DNA of 64,000 nt, from positions 128,001 to 192,000 of the forward strand of contig CAXXIN010000003.1 of NCBI GenBank assembly GCA_963665275.2, in the 5' to 3' direction. Positions 10,846 through 20,408 of the stretch are shown here, one piece after another. The position numbers were made by a program, and so were the translations under genes. The notes beneath the pieces are model-generated. The model did no database searches and was not told the DNA's origin. It saw nothing but the letters and a program-made list of their open reading frames with translations. The DNA is from Negativicutes bacterium (GTDB lineage Bacteria; Bacillota; Negativicutes; UBA1444). Within the stretch, counting starts at the first letter, position 1. Every line of letters begins with the position of its first letter.

Positions 10846-12339
10846 TTATTTCTGTTCCAGTTTTGTCAGGTAGGGTTTGATCGTGGGGATTTCTTGCTGA
10901 TGTTTGGCGAATATTGTTTTTAAACTGGCTTTCATCTTGGCTATCGCAGCCGGATTGTTTTTTTCCTTTTGATATTGGCCATTGAACCCAAATGTATCGA
11001 TAATGCTTTTTGCATCTTGGGGATCTTTCTGGGCAATGGCTTTGAGGATTTCTAAAATTTTGAAGGTGTCTGCGGCTTGCTCTTTGGTCGATTTGGGCAG
11101 TAATCCCGTCGATGAAATTTGCGAAGGAGAACCGGAGTTCAAATATTTATTAATTACATTTTGCACGGAATTCGATGAATATAGGCCGTTGTTGATGACG
11201 ACAACAATCAGCGTATCCGCAGAATTTCGCTCATTTACCGACGTGCCTTGCGGAGCTTGCCGCCAAGTCATCGCAAACACGCCGTTTTGCTGTTCGATCG
11301 GCAAGGATGTTGTCGCTGTCGTAACATTCATCTGATAATTGACGGATCCATCCACTAACGTCATCGTCCCCAGTTGCGTCCCTGTAGTTGACGCTGTGGA
11401 AACCGTAACTCCGTTGTATTTTGCCGGATACGCCTGATTGGTGGTCAGAGGATCGCTTTCGGTTTGAAACATCCCCGCGAAACTGTTGTACAGGCCATAT
11501 AGAACACCGGCCATGTCAACAACGTCCGGATTGCAGAAGCTATCAATATCCCCCATGATGCCCATGCCGATCCCCAGCCAATCCACTGGGTTCTGACTGC
11601 TGCTATTCGGCTGGTAAGCAGAAACGGCTCCGCCCAGACTCTGAATGCCGATCGTATATTCAGCGATCGGAGTGGTCGTTCCCCCGTACAATTTCATCCA
11701 GATGGAAGCGTTGGACTCGTTATTCATACTTTGTGCAGAGGCGGTCACGTTCGGTGCACCAGTAAACTGAACGCCCACGGGTCCAGGCGTCGCGCCCAAA
11801 GAATTGATGGAGCCAAAAGCCCCATATTGAGTTTTCCCATAGTTGACGGATCCGCTCCAAGAGGGAAAGAAGTTGAACACATTCATGAAGCTCCATTTTG
11901 AATTGGCGGCATATGTGGTCGTTCCAGCAGTCGTTGTGCCAATGACTGCCGGCATAAGAGAAGCTGAAACCACGCCATCGGCAGGAACAAATGGTGTCGT
12001 GACATTGGGAAAGGCTATCGTATCACCGGTTGATTGGGGGTTGAACATGCCGGACAAGCCAATCGCTATGGGATATCCGCCTGAGATGTAATTGGCCGAG
12101 TGATCCGAAGAGACTCCGAAATTTATCGGAGACTGGGTTAAATTAAAAATCATCACCGGTAACGTACCATAGGTTTGCAGCTGAATTGCCTGGGCGCTGA
12201 TTGCGTTTGGTTGGGCAGCGACAGCGAGCGCTGCAGCACCGGAAAAACTGTTTATCGCCAATAGTAGTGCAAGTGCTAGCGTTGCTTTGTACGGCAAGTT
12301 ATTTCTTCCCATCGTTTTTGTTCTCTTGAAAAAATACAT
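10846..12339 (-). CDS. Secreted hypothetical protein with a central hydrophobic segment and a charged helical C-terminus (497 aa)
   Basis: Intact ORF, GGAGGA RBS, signal peptide ..ATLALALLLAINSFSGAAALA; no family recognised. Confidence 0.75.
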   Translation of the reverse strand: MYFFKRTKTMGRNNLPYKATLALALLLAINSFSGAAALAVAAQPNAISAQAIQLQTYGTLPVMIFNLTQSPINFGVSSDHSANYISGGYPIAIGLSGMFNPQSTGDTIAFPNVTTPFVPADGVVSASLMPAVIGTTTAGTTTYAANSKWSFMNVFNFFPSWSGSVNYGKTQYGAFGSINSLGATPGPVGVQFTGAPNVTASAQSMNNESNASIWMKLYGGTTTPIAEYTIGIQSLGGAVSAYQPNSSSQNPVDWLGIGMGIMGDIDSFCNPDVVDMAGVLYGLYNSFAGMFQTESDPLTTNQAYPAKYNGVTVSTASTTGTQLGTMTLVDGSVNYQMNVTTATTSLPIEQQNGVFAMTWRQAPQGTSVNERNSADTLIVVVINNGLYSSNSVQNVINKYLNSGSPSQISSTGLLPKSTKEQAADTFKILEILKAIAQKDPQDAKSIIDTFGFNGQYQKEKNNPAAIAKMKASLKTIFAKHQQEIPTIKPYLTKLEQK

Positions 12340-12600
12340 GGATCGTTCCTCCTCTATCTTTTGATTGCGCCGGCGGTTGGCAGGAAAGCATCGTTAAAAG
12401 TGGGAACGGCCAAAAAACAGGGGCAGGACTAATTTGAAAATCGTTCCTTTTGAAAAACACATACACGCTTCCTCCTTCACCCTTCTTGCAGCTATGACTT
12501 ATTTATTAAGCATTTTTGCAGCTTCATTGTATAACAATTGCGGCTATTGCAACCTTCAAAAGGAAAATCCGCACCTTTTCGAGTAAAATCAGCAGATAAG

Positions 12601-12635
12601 AAAAGACAGAACCCGCTAGAGTGGTTCTGTCTTTT
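12601..12635. terminator. Intrinsic terminator after the Opp-Ald operon
   Basis: aaaagacagaacc...ggttctgtctttt. Confidence 0.75.
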
Positions 12636-12659
12636 TAAAAGTTAAATTAGCTAACGTTT

Positions 12660-13826
12660 TTAAACTTTAATAAAATTAGTAGACCGTGTTGAAGTTGCAG
12701 GCGGCGCCGGAGCGATTTTCCTATCACTTATTTGCAGTGCATCTTCCGGCCGCATCCACGGCAACCCTTGAATCGCGCTAGTTTCTTCGTGCGTCAACAC
12801 ACCGTCATAGGTCGTCAGGCTTCGCCTGATAAAGCCATCCGTGACACAAGCCTCCGCTACGCCATTATTCATGATGTTTAAGAACATTGGCAGCGCTTCA
12901 GCCGCAATCACTACCGAAGTCGAGTGCGCAACCGCGCTCGGGATATTGCTTACGCAAAAATGCACAACGCCGTTCACGACATATCTGGGAGCATCATGGG
13001 AAGTCTCGTGACTTGACTCAATAGCACCTGGATCATCATTGCTGATGTCAACAAGTACGGAACCCGGTTCCATTAGCTTTAGCATTTCCTTCGTGATTAA
13101 AAAGTCTTTTCTTTCTTTGGGCCACCGAACACAGTTAATCACCATATCCATCATTGGCAATACTTGTTGTATGGCTTCTTTTGTACAGTACATTGTATTG
13201 ATGTCGTTGCCGTAGGTTCTTCTGATATCTTGCATAATGCCCAAGTTAACGTCCATCAGGGTAATAGCTGCGCCCAGATCGTGAAGTATTTCCAGGGAAC
13301 CTCGGCCGACAACACCGCCGCCCAAAATCAAAACGTTCATGCCCGGCGCCCCGGCAAACCCGCTGACAAATTTTCCTTTGCCGCCGTTAATAGACAACAT
13401 CGACTCAAGACCGAACAATGCGCCCTGCTTTCCTGCCGCTTCGCAGTTGGGAGAACCGTTGCGATGGCTGTCTTCAGCGGTAATCGCAGTAACTTTATGG
13501 GAAAGCAAAGCCTGCACTTCTTCCGGATGCGCCGCAGGATGTATGCAACAGTAAATAAGCTGCCCTTCTCTGAGCAGTTCATATTCGGATGGCTCGATTT
13601 CTTTTACTTTGACTACAAAATCACACTTACCATAAATTTCTTTCGCCGTATTACAAATTTCAGCTCCAGCTTTTTCATAGGCTTCATCGTGAAAACCCGC
13701 CGCAAGGCCACTATTGCTTTGTACATAAACTTTGTGACCGTTTTGAATTACCGATACCACTTCAAGTGGCGTAAGCATAACCCTGTTTTCTCCATGCTTG
13801 ATATCTTTCAAAAGCCCTAAAATCAT
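12660..13826 (-). CDS. Alanine dehydrogenase/PNT-family NAD-dependent oxidoreductase (divergent)
   Basis: KDIKHGENRVMLTP, YEKAGAEI, VKVKE, GGGVVG Rossmann motif, GSVLVDIS, NGVVHFCVSNIP; substrate-side motifs differ from canonical Ald. Confidence 0.75.
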   Translation of the reverse strand: MILGLLKDIKHGENRVMLTPLEVVSVIQNGHKVYVQSNSGLAAGFHDEAYEKAGAEICNTAKEIYGKCDFVVKVKEIEPSEYELLREGQLIYCCIHPAAHPEEVQALLSHKVTAITAEDSHRNGSPNCEAAGKQGALFGLESMLSINGGKGKFVSGFAGAPGMNVLILGGGVVGRGSLEILHDLGAAITLMDVNLGIMQDIRRTYGNDINTMYCTKEAIQQVLPMMDMVINCVRWPKERKDFLITKEMLKLMEPGSVLVDISNDDPGAIESSHETSHDAPRYVVNGVVHFCVSNIPSAVAHSTSVVIAAEALPMFLNIMNNGVAEACVTDGFIRRSLTTYDGVLTHEETSAIQGLPWMRPEDALQISDRKIAPAPPATSTRSTNFIKV

Positions 13827-13837
13827 TTTAACTCCTC

Positions 13838-14803
13838 CTACCTGTATAATGTGCACGCAACAAAATGTTCAGTTGATAGTTCTTTTAATTCAACGTCGCT
13901 GCCTGTGCAAATTTCTGAAACATAGTCGCATCTGGCCGCAAACCTGCAACCCGGTTTAACATTAATCGGACTCGAAATTTCGCCTTTAATGAGTACAAAT
14001 TCCTCATCACGCTTCGAAATGTCAGGTTCAGGGATGGCCGATAGCAGCGCCTTAGTATATGGGTGCTGCGGATTCAGGAACAATTCGTCCGACGGCGCCA
14101 TTTCAACGCATTTCCCCAGATACATTACCATTATTTTATTCGAAATATGCTTTACTACGCTCAGATCATGCGTAACAAACATATACGTAAGACCCAGTTC
14201 ATCGGCCAAATCCATTAAAAGATTTAAGATCTGCGCCTGAATGGACACGTCCAGGGCTGAAACCGGTTCGTCGCAAACAATAAACTGCGGATTCAGTGAC
14301 AAAGCACGCGCAATACCGATACGTTGACGGCGTCCTCCGTCAAGTTCATGCGGATACGAGTTGGCATATCTTCTTGCCAGGCCTACCAGGTCCATTAACT
14401 CAGCCGCACGGTTATAAATGGCCGCTGTGGTCGGATATGTTTTGTGAATAAACATATATTCGGCAATAACCTCAACTACCGACTTGCGCGGGTCAATGCT
14501 TGAATGCGGGTCCTGAAAAATGATTTGCATCTCTTTTCTAAGCTCTCGCATTTTACTCGAATTTAACTTTGTAATATCATTGCCTTTAAACAATATTTGT
14601 CCCGAGGTAGGCTCAAGCAATCGCAAAATCGTCCGGCCAAGAGTACTCTTACCACAGCCTGATTCACCGACAACACCGACCGTTTCGCCGGAATAGACTT
14701 TCAAATTAATGCCATCAACCGCATGGAGGTGCGCCCCACCATTCAATTTAAACAACTTTCTTAAATTAACCGTTTCGAGCAACGGTGTTCTGGTGGAGTC
14801 CAT
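13838..14803 (-). CDS. Oligopeptide/dipeptide ABC transporter ATPase (OppF-like)
   Basis: [31 protein letters not shown]-terminal GCRFAARC. Confidence 0.9.
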   Translation of the reverse strand: MDSTRTPLLETVNLRKLFKLNGGAHLHAVDGINLKVYSGETVGVVGESGCGKSTLGRTILRLLEPTSGQILFKGNDITKLNSSKMRELRKEMQIIFQDPHSSIDPRKSVVEVIAEYMFIHKTYPTTAAIYNRAAELMDLVGLARRYANSYPHELDGGRRQRIGIARALSLNPQFIVCDEPVSALDVSIQAQILNLLMDLADELGLTYMFVTHDLSVVKHISNKIMVMYLGKCVEMAPSDELFLNPQHPYTKALLSAIPEPDISKRDEEFVLIKGEISSPINVKPGCRFAARCDYVSEICTGSDVELKELSTEHFVACTLYR

Positions 14804-15796
14804 TTAAGCTTCCCCCCCTCTGTAAAGATGACAAAGCAGCGTATGAGTACCCTCGGTTACCTTCACAGGGTGTTCCTTGGTACAAATTTCCATGCAGTGC
14901 TTGCACCTGGGAGCAAAATAACAGCCCTTAGGCAAATTTGACGGGTCCGGCATTAGCCCTTGAATAGGCTGCAACCTGGCAGACCTTGAACTCAGACTCG
15001 GTATGGAATCAAAGAGGCCCTGCGTGTAGGGATGGCGTCTATCGTTCGTGAAGATATCAAATACTGTACCGGATTCAATAATTTCGCCTGCGTACATCAC
15101 GGCTACTTCATCGCAAATTTTCGCTACAATCCCCAAGTCATGAGTAATCATGAGCATCGAAGTCCCGAGTCGATCCCGGAGTTCTCTGATCATCATCAGA
15201 ACTTGCGCTTGTATGGTTACATCAAGGGCAGTGGTTGGCTCATCTGCAATCAGTAAGCCAGGCTCACAAACAATGGCCATGGCAATGACAACCCTTTGTT
15301 TCATACCGCCGGAAAATTGATGCGGATATTCGTTTTTTCTGCTTGGCAGGATTCCAACCATCAACAGGGCATTTTCCACTTTTTGCTCAGTTTCGGCTTT
15401 GCTTAAATCAGGATTATGCAAATTGATTGCTTCGGCAATTTGTTCGCCAACCGTCATTACTGGATTCAAGCTGGTCATGGGATCCTGAAAGATCATCGCA
15501 ATTTGGTCGCCTCTTACCTTGCGCATTTCCAGCGGCGACAGATTCAAGAGCTCTTGCCCTGCGAAATGAATTTCGCCGCTTAATATCTTGCCTGTCTTCT
15601 CTGGTAAAAGTCGCATAATCGAAAGCGCGGTCGTCGTTTTACCTGCGCCTGTCTCGCCAACTAATCCGAGCGTTTTCCCTTTACGGATTTTTAAATCGAT
15701 ACCGTTTATAGCCTCAACGGTTTCCAAATCGGTTTGATAGATTACCCTCAGGTTTTTAATATCTAAAATCGCATCACTATTCATAAACTCTTTCAT
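14804..15796 (-). CDS. Oligopeptide/dipeptide ABC transporter ATPase (OppD-like)
   Basis: [35 protein letters not shown]. Confidence 0.9.
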   Translation of the reverse strand: MKEFMNSDAILDIKNLRVIYQTDLETVEAINGIDLKIRKGKTLGLVGETGAGKTTTALSIMRLLPEKTGKILSGEIHFAGQELLNLSPLEMRKVRGDQIAMIFQDPMTSLNPVMTVGEQIAEAINLHNPDLSKAETEQKVENALLMVGILPSRKNEYPHQFSGGMKQRVVIAMAIVCEPGLLIADEPTTALDVTIQAQVLMMIRELRDRLGTSMLMITHDLGIVAKICDEVAVMYAGEIIESGTVFDIFTNDRRHPYTQGLFDSIPSLSSRSARLQPIQGLMPDPSNLPKGCYFAPRCKHCMEICTKEHPVKVTEGTHTLLCHLYRGGEA

Positions 15797-15808
15797 TCCC
15801 CCATAGCT

Positions 15809-16711
15809 CTATGATTTCAGCTGAGGATCAAGTGCGTCGCGCAGACCGTCACCGATTAGGTTAATTGATGAAGCAGCCACTACAATAGCCATGGTCGGGA
15901 AGAATAAAAGGTGCGGCGCCGCGCGCATGAATTCTCTTGCTTCCGCCAGCATCAGTCCCCATTCCGGCGCGGGCGGCGGCATACCCAACCCCAAAAAGCT
16001 CAAGGTCGACTCATAGAGAATGATTTTGGCGACGTTCAAGGTCGTATTTACAATAATTACTCCCATGGCATTCGGCAAAATGTGGGAAAGGATGATGCGG
16101 GTACTGCCTGACCCTCCCGCCTTTGCGGCCTCGACGTAATCCTGTTCCGAAAGAGTCAAGACCTGTGAACGAACAAGCCGCACATAGTTGGTGAAATACG
16201 CCAGGGTAAGGGCGATCAATAAGTTTTGAAAATTTGCCCCTAACGCAAAAACCACTGCCATGGTAAATAAAATATCCGGAATGGACATGAAAATATCCAG
16301 GGACCGCATGATAATGCCGTCAACTTTGCCGCCAAAATAGCCTGATATCGCGCCAAGTGTACTGCCAATCACACAGGACGACATGGTTGCAAGAATAGCG
16401 ACAAGCAAGGAAGTTCTGCCGCCGTACAGAACCCTGGCGAACACATCGCGACCGTAAGAATCCGTACCAAATATGTGCGCCGCCGACGGCGCCTGGTTAA
16501 TCTGAGAAAAGACACCTTTGGTTGCCGCTGAATAAGGAACAATTAACTCCGCTGCTGCAAGCATAATCAGAATAAACGAAAACAACACCAGCCCAATCAT
16601 AGCGCCTTTATTCTTTTTATACATGCGCCATACTTCTTTTGCTTGGCTTTGTTTTTTGAAAACTATTTTTTCTACCGGTTGTGATGCAGTTTGCGACATG
16701 GCGTTTTCCAC
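15809..16711 (-). CDS. Peptide ABC transporter permease (OppC-like)
   Basis: HIFGTDSYGRD, EAA loop DYVEAAKAGG, LSFLGLG, GDGLRDALDP. Confidence 0.9.
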   Translation of the reverse strand: MENAMSQTASQPVEKIVFKKQSQAKEVWRMYKKNKGAMIGLVLFSFILIMLAAAELIVPYSAATKGVFSQINQAPSAAHIFGTDSYGRDVFARVLYGGRTSLLVAILATMSSCVIGSTLGAISGYFGGKVDGIIMRSLDIFMSIPDILFTMAVVFALGANFQNLLIALTLAYFTNYVRLVRSQVLTLSEQDYVEAAKAGGSGSTRIILSHILPNAMGVIIVNTTLNVAKIILYESTLSFLGLGMPPPAPEWGLMLAEAREFMRAAPHLLFFPTMAIVVAASSINLIGDGLRDALDPQLKS

Positions 16712-16715
16712 TAAA

Positions 16716-17657
16716 TCACCCCTTAACTCTCGCATACTTAGCCCGAATACGCGGGTCAATATAAGCGTAAATCAAATCAACAAGCAGCATGACAACTGTA
16801 AAGCAGACGGAAATCAAAATTGTTCCGGCAATAATAACCGGCTCGTCTTTATAGGTGATACGGTCTACAATCAAGCTGCCAATTCCCGGAATGGAAAACA
16901 GTTTTTCCGCCACAACCGCTCCGCAGATCAAATTGCCCAGGCTCATACCAACGTTGGTAACAACAGGCAACAATGCATTCTTCAGGGCGTGTTTCCAAAT
17001 AACCGTACTTTCTGAAGCCCCTTTGGCCCTTGCCGTGCGAACGTAATCCTGACGAATAGACTCCAGCATTGAAGATTTTGTAAATCTGAGGTTAATCGCG
17101 GCTGGCGGGATTGACACAGCGAGCGCCGGCATAATATAGCTTTTGAAGGATTCAATACCGTACGACGGGAACCAATTCAGTTTGAGGGAAAATAAATACA
17201 ACAGCAACATACCCAAGACGAAAGACGGAATCGCCGCAATAAAAAAAGCAATGAGGGACGGGATTGTATCCCATAGGGAATATTGCCGGACCGCGGTATA
17301 AATGCCAAACGGGATGCCGATTAAAGATGACAGCACAACCCCGATAAAGGCCAATTTGACCGTTACTATATATCTTGGCCAAATTTCTTCGAATACCGAT
17401 TGTTTAGTAAAATACGACACGCCGAAATCTTGATGCACAACCACTTGGTACACATAGCGCCCATATTTTTCTAAAAACGGCAAGTCATAGCCAAGCTGAT
17501 GATTTAACTCAGCTATTTGCTCTTGCGACGCGGCGTCACCCAGAAGGATTCTGGCCGGATCACCCGGAGTCATGCTCATAACCAGAAAAAGAATAAAAAT
17601 TACGCCTAATACGGAAGGTATCAGAAACAGCAGCCTGTTTATGACATATCTATACAT
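16716..17657 (-). CDS. Peptide ABC transporter permease (OppB-like)
   Basis: PGDPA, QDYVRTARAKG, HALKNA, DLIYAYIDPRI. Confidence 0.9.
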   Translation of the reverse strand: MYRYVINRLLFLIPSVLGVIFILFLVMSMTPGDPARILLGDAASQEQIAELNHQLGYDLPFLEKYGRYVYQVVVHQDFGVSYFTKQSVFEEIWPRYIVTVKLAFIGVVLSSLIGIPFGIYTAVRQYSLWDTIPSLIAFFIAAIPSFVLGMLLLYLFSLKLNWFPSYGIESFKSYIMPALAVSIPPAAINLRFTKSSMLESIRQDYVRTARAKGASESTVIWKHALKNALLPVVTNVGMSLGNLICGAVVAEKLFSIPGIGSLIVDRITYKDEPVIIAGTILISVCFTVVMLLVDLIYAYIDPRIRAKYARVKG

Positions 17658-17697
17658 TCTTCTGCCTCCTTAATTGGCACGGGGCACTGGGGCAACC

Positions 17698-17744
17698 ATT
17701 TAAAACTTAGGCTGTCTTTCATTAAGACAGCCTAAGTTTTAAAT
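17698..17744. repeat. Perfect 21-bp-stem inverted repeat between the binding-protein gene and the permease
   Basis: atttaaaacttaggctgtctt-tcatt-aagacagcctaagttttaaat. Confidence 0.85.
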
Positions 17745-17760
17745 TAAATTGAATGACCCT

Positions 17761-19335
17761 TTACTTCTTCCAAGAGAAAGCTTTAACTTTATAGATCGTT
17801 GGCACCGGTTTTCCGATATTGAGCCCTTGAGCCCACACAATAGCAACCGGCCGATGGAGGAGCGGGTCAATTGTAGCTGTATCCATAACGATTTTCCACA
17901 ACTCAGTGTAGTGTTTTAGACGTTCATTGTTATCAGATGCGGCCGCACCCAGCTCAACCAGCTTTTCGATTCGCTGCCAGTCAAACTTGCCGTCTTTGTA
18001 TTTAACCAAGTACATACCCTTTGACTCACTGTGAACTTGTTGACGAATATTGTTAAAGTCAAAGTTGTTTGAATCTGAGAAAACAGCCAGGTCATAATTC
18101 TGGGAATACATTTTGGGGGTGATAATCGCGTTTTCAGCAATTTGAACACCGGCTTTTATGCCGACATCAGCCAAATTGGATTGGATGACTTGGGCAATGA
18201 TTCCGTTGAAAGAGGTAGGCGACGGATAAGAAATAATGGTACCCACGTCTACGCCATTCGGATAACCGGCTTCTTTCAGCAATTCCTTGGCTTTGGCCGG
18301 ATTAAATTTATAGGTTTCGAATCCGGTTTCCGGGGATGTCGGTACATACTCATGGGGCATATAGCTGACAGCCGGTGAACCGTAGCCAGCTGCCATCGCT
18401 TTATTAATATCGTCCTTATTGATGGCGTAGAAAATGGCCTGACGTACTTTATCATTGGCAAGAATGCCTTTGTTTGACGGCGATTGATAGTTAACAGCCA
18501 TGAAGTGGATATTGTTACCCTTGATCATGGCATTATTCTCAGGTCCTGCCTGCTCTTTAAGGGTATTCCAGTTTGACAGTGCAACATCTTCCAAATAGTC
18601 AAGTTCTTTGTTATGGAACGCCACTTGCACAGCCGCATCATCGGAAATCACACGAAACTCGACTTTTTTAATGCTCGGCGCTCCGCCCCAGTAACCTTCG
18701 AAGGCTTGAAGCTTAACACCAGTGGCCACATTGTATTCTGTTGGATAGTACGGACCTGTTCCGGCCTTACTGGGAACCGTGCCAAATTTATCGCCTAGCG
18801 ATGCAACTTCTTTTTCGTTCATGATTTTAAGGGAATAGAACGTGTGCAGAATAGGCGCATAGGCCTCGGATAAGGTGATTTTTACAGTCGAATCATTCAC
18901 AGCGCTCACGTCTTTGATCTTGGCTGTCAAATAACCGAATCTCGGATCTTTCATTGCGCGCTTATAGGTAAACACTACGTCGGATGCTTTTAGCGGCTCG
19001 CCGTTTTGGAATTTGACGCCGTCGCGAAGCGTTATGATGTATTCTTTTTTGTCGCCACTTAACTTAACCTCTTTGGCAAGCTCTTGGTAATAACCGTTCT
19101 TTGACTCGTCAAGTCCATAAAGGCCTTCATAAATTTGCGTCCAAACTTTCATATCTCTGAGGGCTGTAGTGTGTTGAGGATTCAAAGATGCAAGGGAAGA
19201 CGGGAGTCTGAGTTTCAGCACCTTGTCATTGCCTGAAGCAGCCGGCGTCGAACTGCTTGGGGCTGATGAACAACCTGCTAGCGCAAGACAAGCAATAAGG
19301 ATCATAAGGACTATTACTAGATCTCTTTTTTTCAC
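17761..19335 (-). CDS. Peptide/nickel-family (SBP family 5) ABC substrate-binding lipoprotein
   Basis: GTG start, lipobox LAGC, IYEGL, LRDGVKFQNG..LKASDVVFT, GTGPY, KAKELLKEAGY. Confidence 0.9.
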   Translation of the reverse strand: MKKRDLVIVLMILIACLALAGCSSAPSSSTPAASGNDKVLKLRLPSSLASLNPQHTTALRDMKVWTQIYEGLYGLDESKNGYYQELAKEVKLSGDKKEYIITLRDGVKFQNGEPLKASDVVFTYKRAMKDPRFGYLTAKIKDVSAVNDSTVKITLSEAYAPILHTFYSLKIMNEKEVASLGDKFGTVPSKAGTGPYYPTEYNVATGVKLQAFEGYWGGAPSIKKVEFRVISDDAAVQVAFHNKELDYLEDVALSNWNTLKEQAGPENNAMIKGNNIHFMAVNYQSPSNKGILANDKVRQAIFYAINKDDINKAMAAGYGSPAVSYMPHEYVPTSPETGFETYKFNPAKAKELLKEAGYPNGVDVGTIISYPSPTSFNGIIAQVIQSNLADVGIKAGVQIAENAIITPKMYSQNYDLAVFSDSNNFDFNNIRQQVHSESKGMYLVKYKDGKFDWQRIEKLVELGAAASDNNERLKHYTELWKIVMDTATIDPLLHRPVAIVWAQGLNIGKPVPTIYKVKAFSWKK

Positions 19336-19524
19336 ATTATTGTCCCCTTTTAAATTAATTTTGTTCCAGCTGTTCCATGTGCTCAACAAGCCTTGATGCG
19401 ATCACTTTGCAAACTATGTCGATATCACCATCTCTTTCCCTTCCGGTATGGATTCGCTTTGAAAATTTGCAATCTATAGCCACACGGCCACCCTTACAAA
19501 TAGCCACAAAATAGAATTATATTA

Positions 19525-19553
19525 AGTATATTTTGTTGTATTAATAACGTCAA
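19525..19553 (-). promoter_or_regulatory. Sigma70/SigA-type promoter of the Opp-Ald operon
   Basis: Minus strand TTGACG-N17-TATACT. Confidence 0.55.
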
Positions 19554-19596
19554 CACATTATTTGTTGGAGAAATATCTCTGGCGTTATCCCTCAAA

Positions 19597-20394
19597 CTAA
19601 ACGAACATTTCGCCCCGCCAAATTGTTACGGCCTGGCCTGACAGGACCACCCGCTCACCAATCGGGCTGACATGCAAAGATCCGCCCCTGGGCGACAGCT
19701 GGCGGGCCGTCATCGTCTCCTTCATCAAAATCTTTTTCCAATAGGGTCCCAGGCAGCAGTGCGCCGAACCGGTGACCGGATCTTCGTCAATCCCCTCGCC
19801 TGGGTCAAAATAGCGGCAAACATAGTCGTATTCCGATTGATCGGATGGACCGGTCACGATCACGCCACTGGCCGGAAGCACCTTGGCAAGCCGGGCAAAA
19901 TCCGGCTGAAGATCCCGGACCTGCTCGACGGAATCGACAGCAATCAAATAATCCAGGCGGTTTCTGCCAACATAAACAAGTCTGGCAATTCCCAGCGATT
20001 CGGCCAATTGTTCGGGCAACTCGCACGGATAAGGCGCCTCAGACGGCAAGTCGATGTGAAGCCAGTCCGAAGCGCGTATGGCCCTCAGCAATCCGCTCAA
20101 GGTATGAAACCGGATTGGCTCGCTCCTGTCCATTAGTCCCGTTTCATACAACACATGTGCGCTGGCGAGGGTCGCATGCCCGCAGAGTCTGGCTTCCGTC
20201 ACCGGCGTAAACCATCGCAGCGAAAAGCCATCCTCTTGTCGGCAGACAAATGCCGTCTCAGAGGAATTCATTTCGCTGGCCATGTCCTGCATTTTCCGGC
20301 TGGTCCACGGGCTTGACAACAGACAAACAGCTGCTGGATTGCCTTTAAAGGGACCAGCCGTGAATGCATCTACCTGAAAAATGTCGAATCCCAA
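19597..20394 (-). CDS. PhzF/YddE-family isomerase (DAP-epimerase fold)
   Basis: QVDAFT..FKGNPAAV, SETAF, LRWFTP..E..LCGHATLA, EDPVTGSAHC. Confidence 0.9.
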   Translation of the reverse strand: MGFDIFQVDAFTAGPFKGNPAAVCLLSSPWTSRKMQDMASEMNSSETAFVCRQEDGFSLRWFTPVTEARLCGHATLASAHVLYETGLMDRSEPIRFHTLSGLLRAIRASDWLHIDLPSEAPYPCELPEQLAESLGIARLVYVGRNRLDYLIAVDSVEQVRDLQPDFARLAKVLPASGVIVTGPSDQSEYDYVCRYFDPGEGIDEDPVTGSAHCCLGPYWKKILMKETMTARQLSPRGGSLHVSPIGERVVLSGQAVTIWRGEMFV

Positions 20395-20408
20395 GTCGTG
20401 CTACCCCT

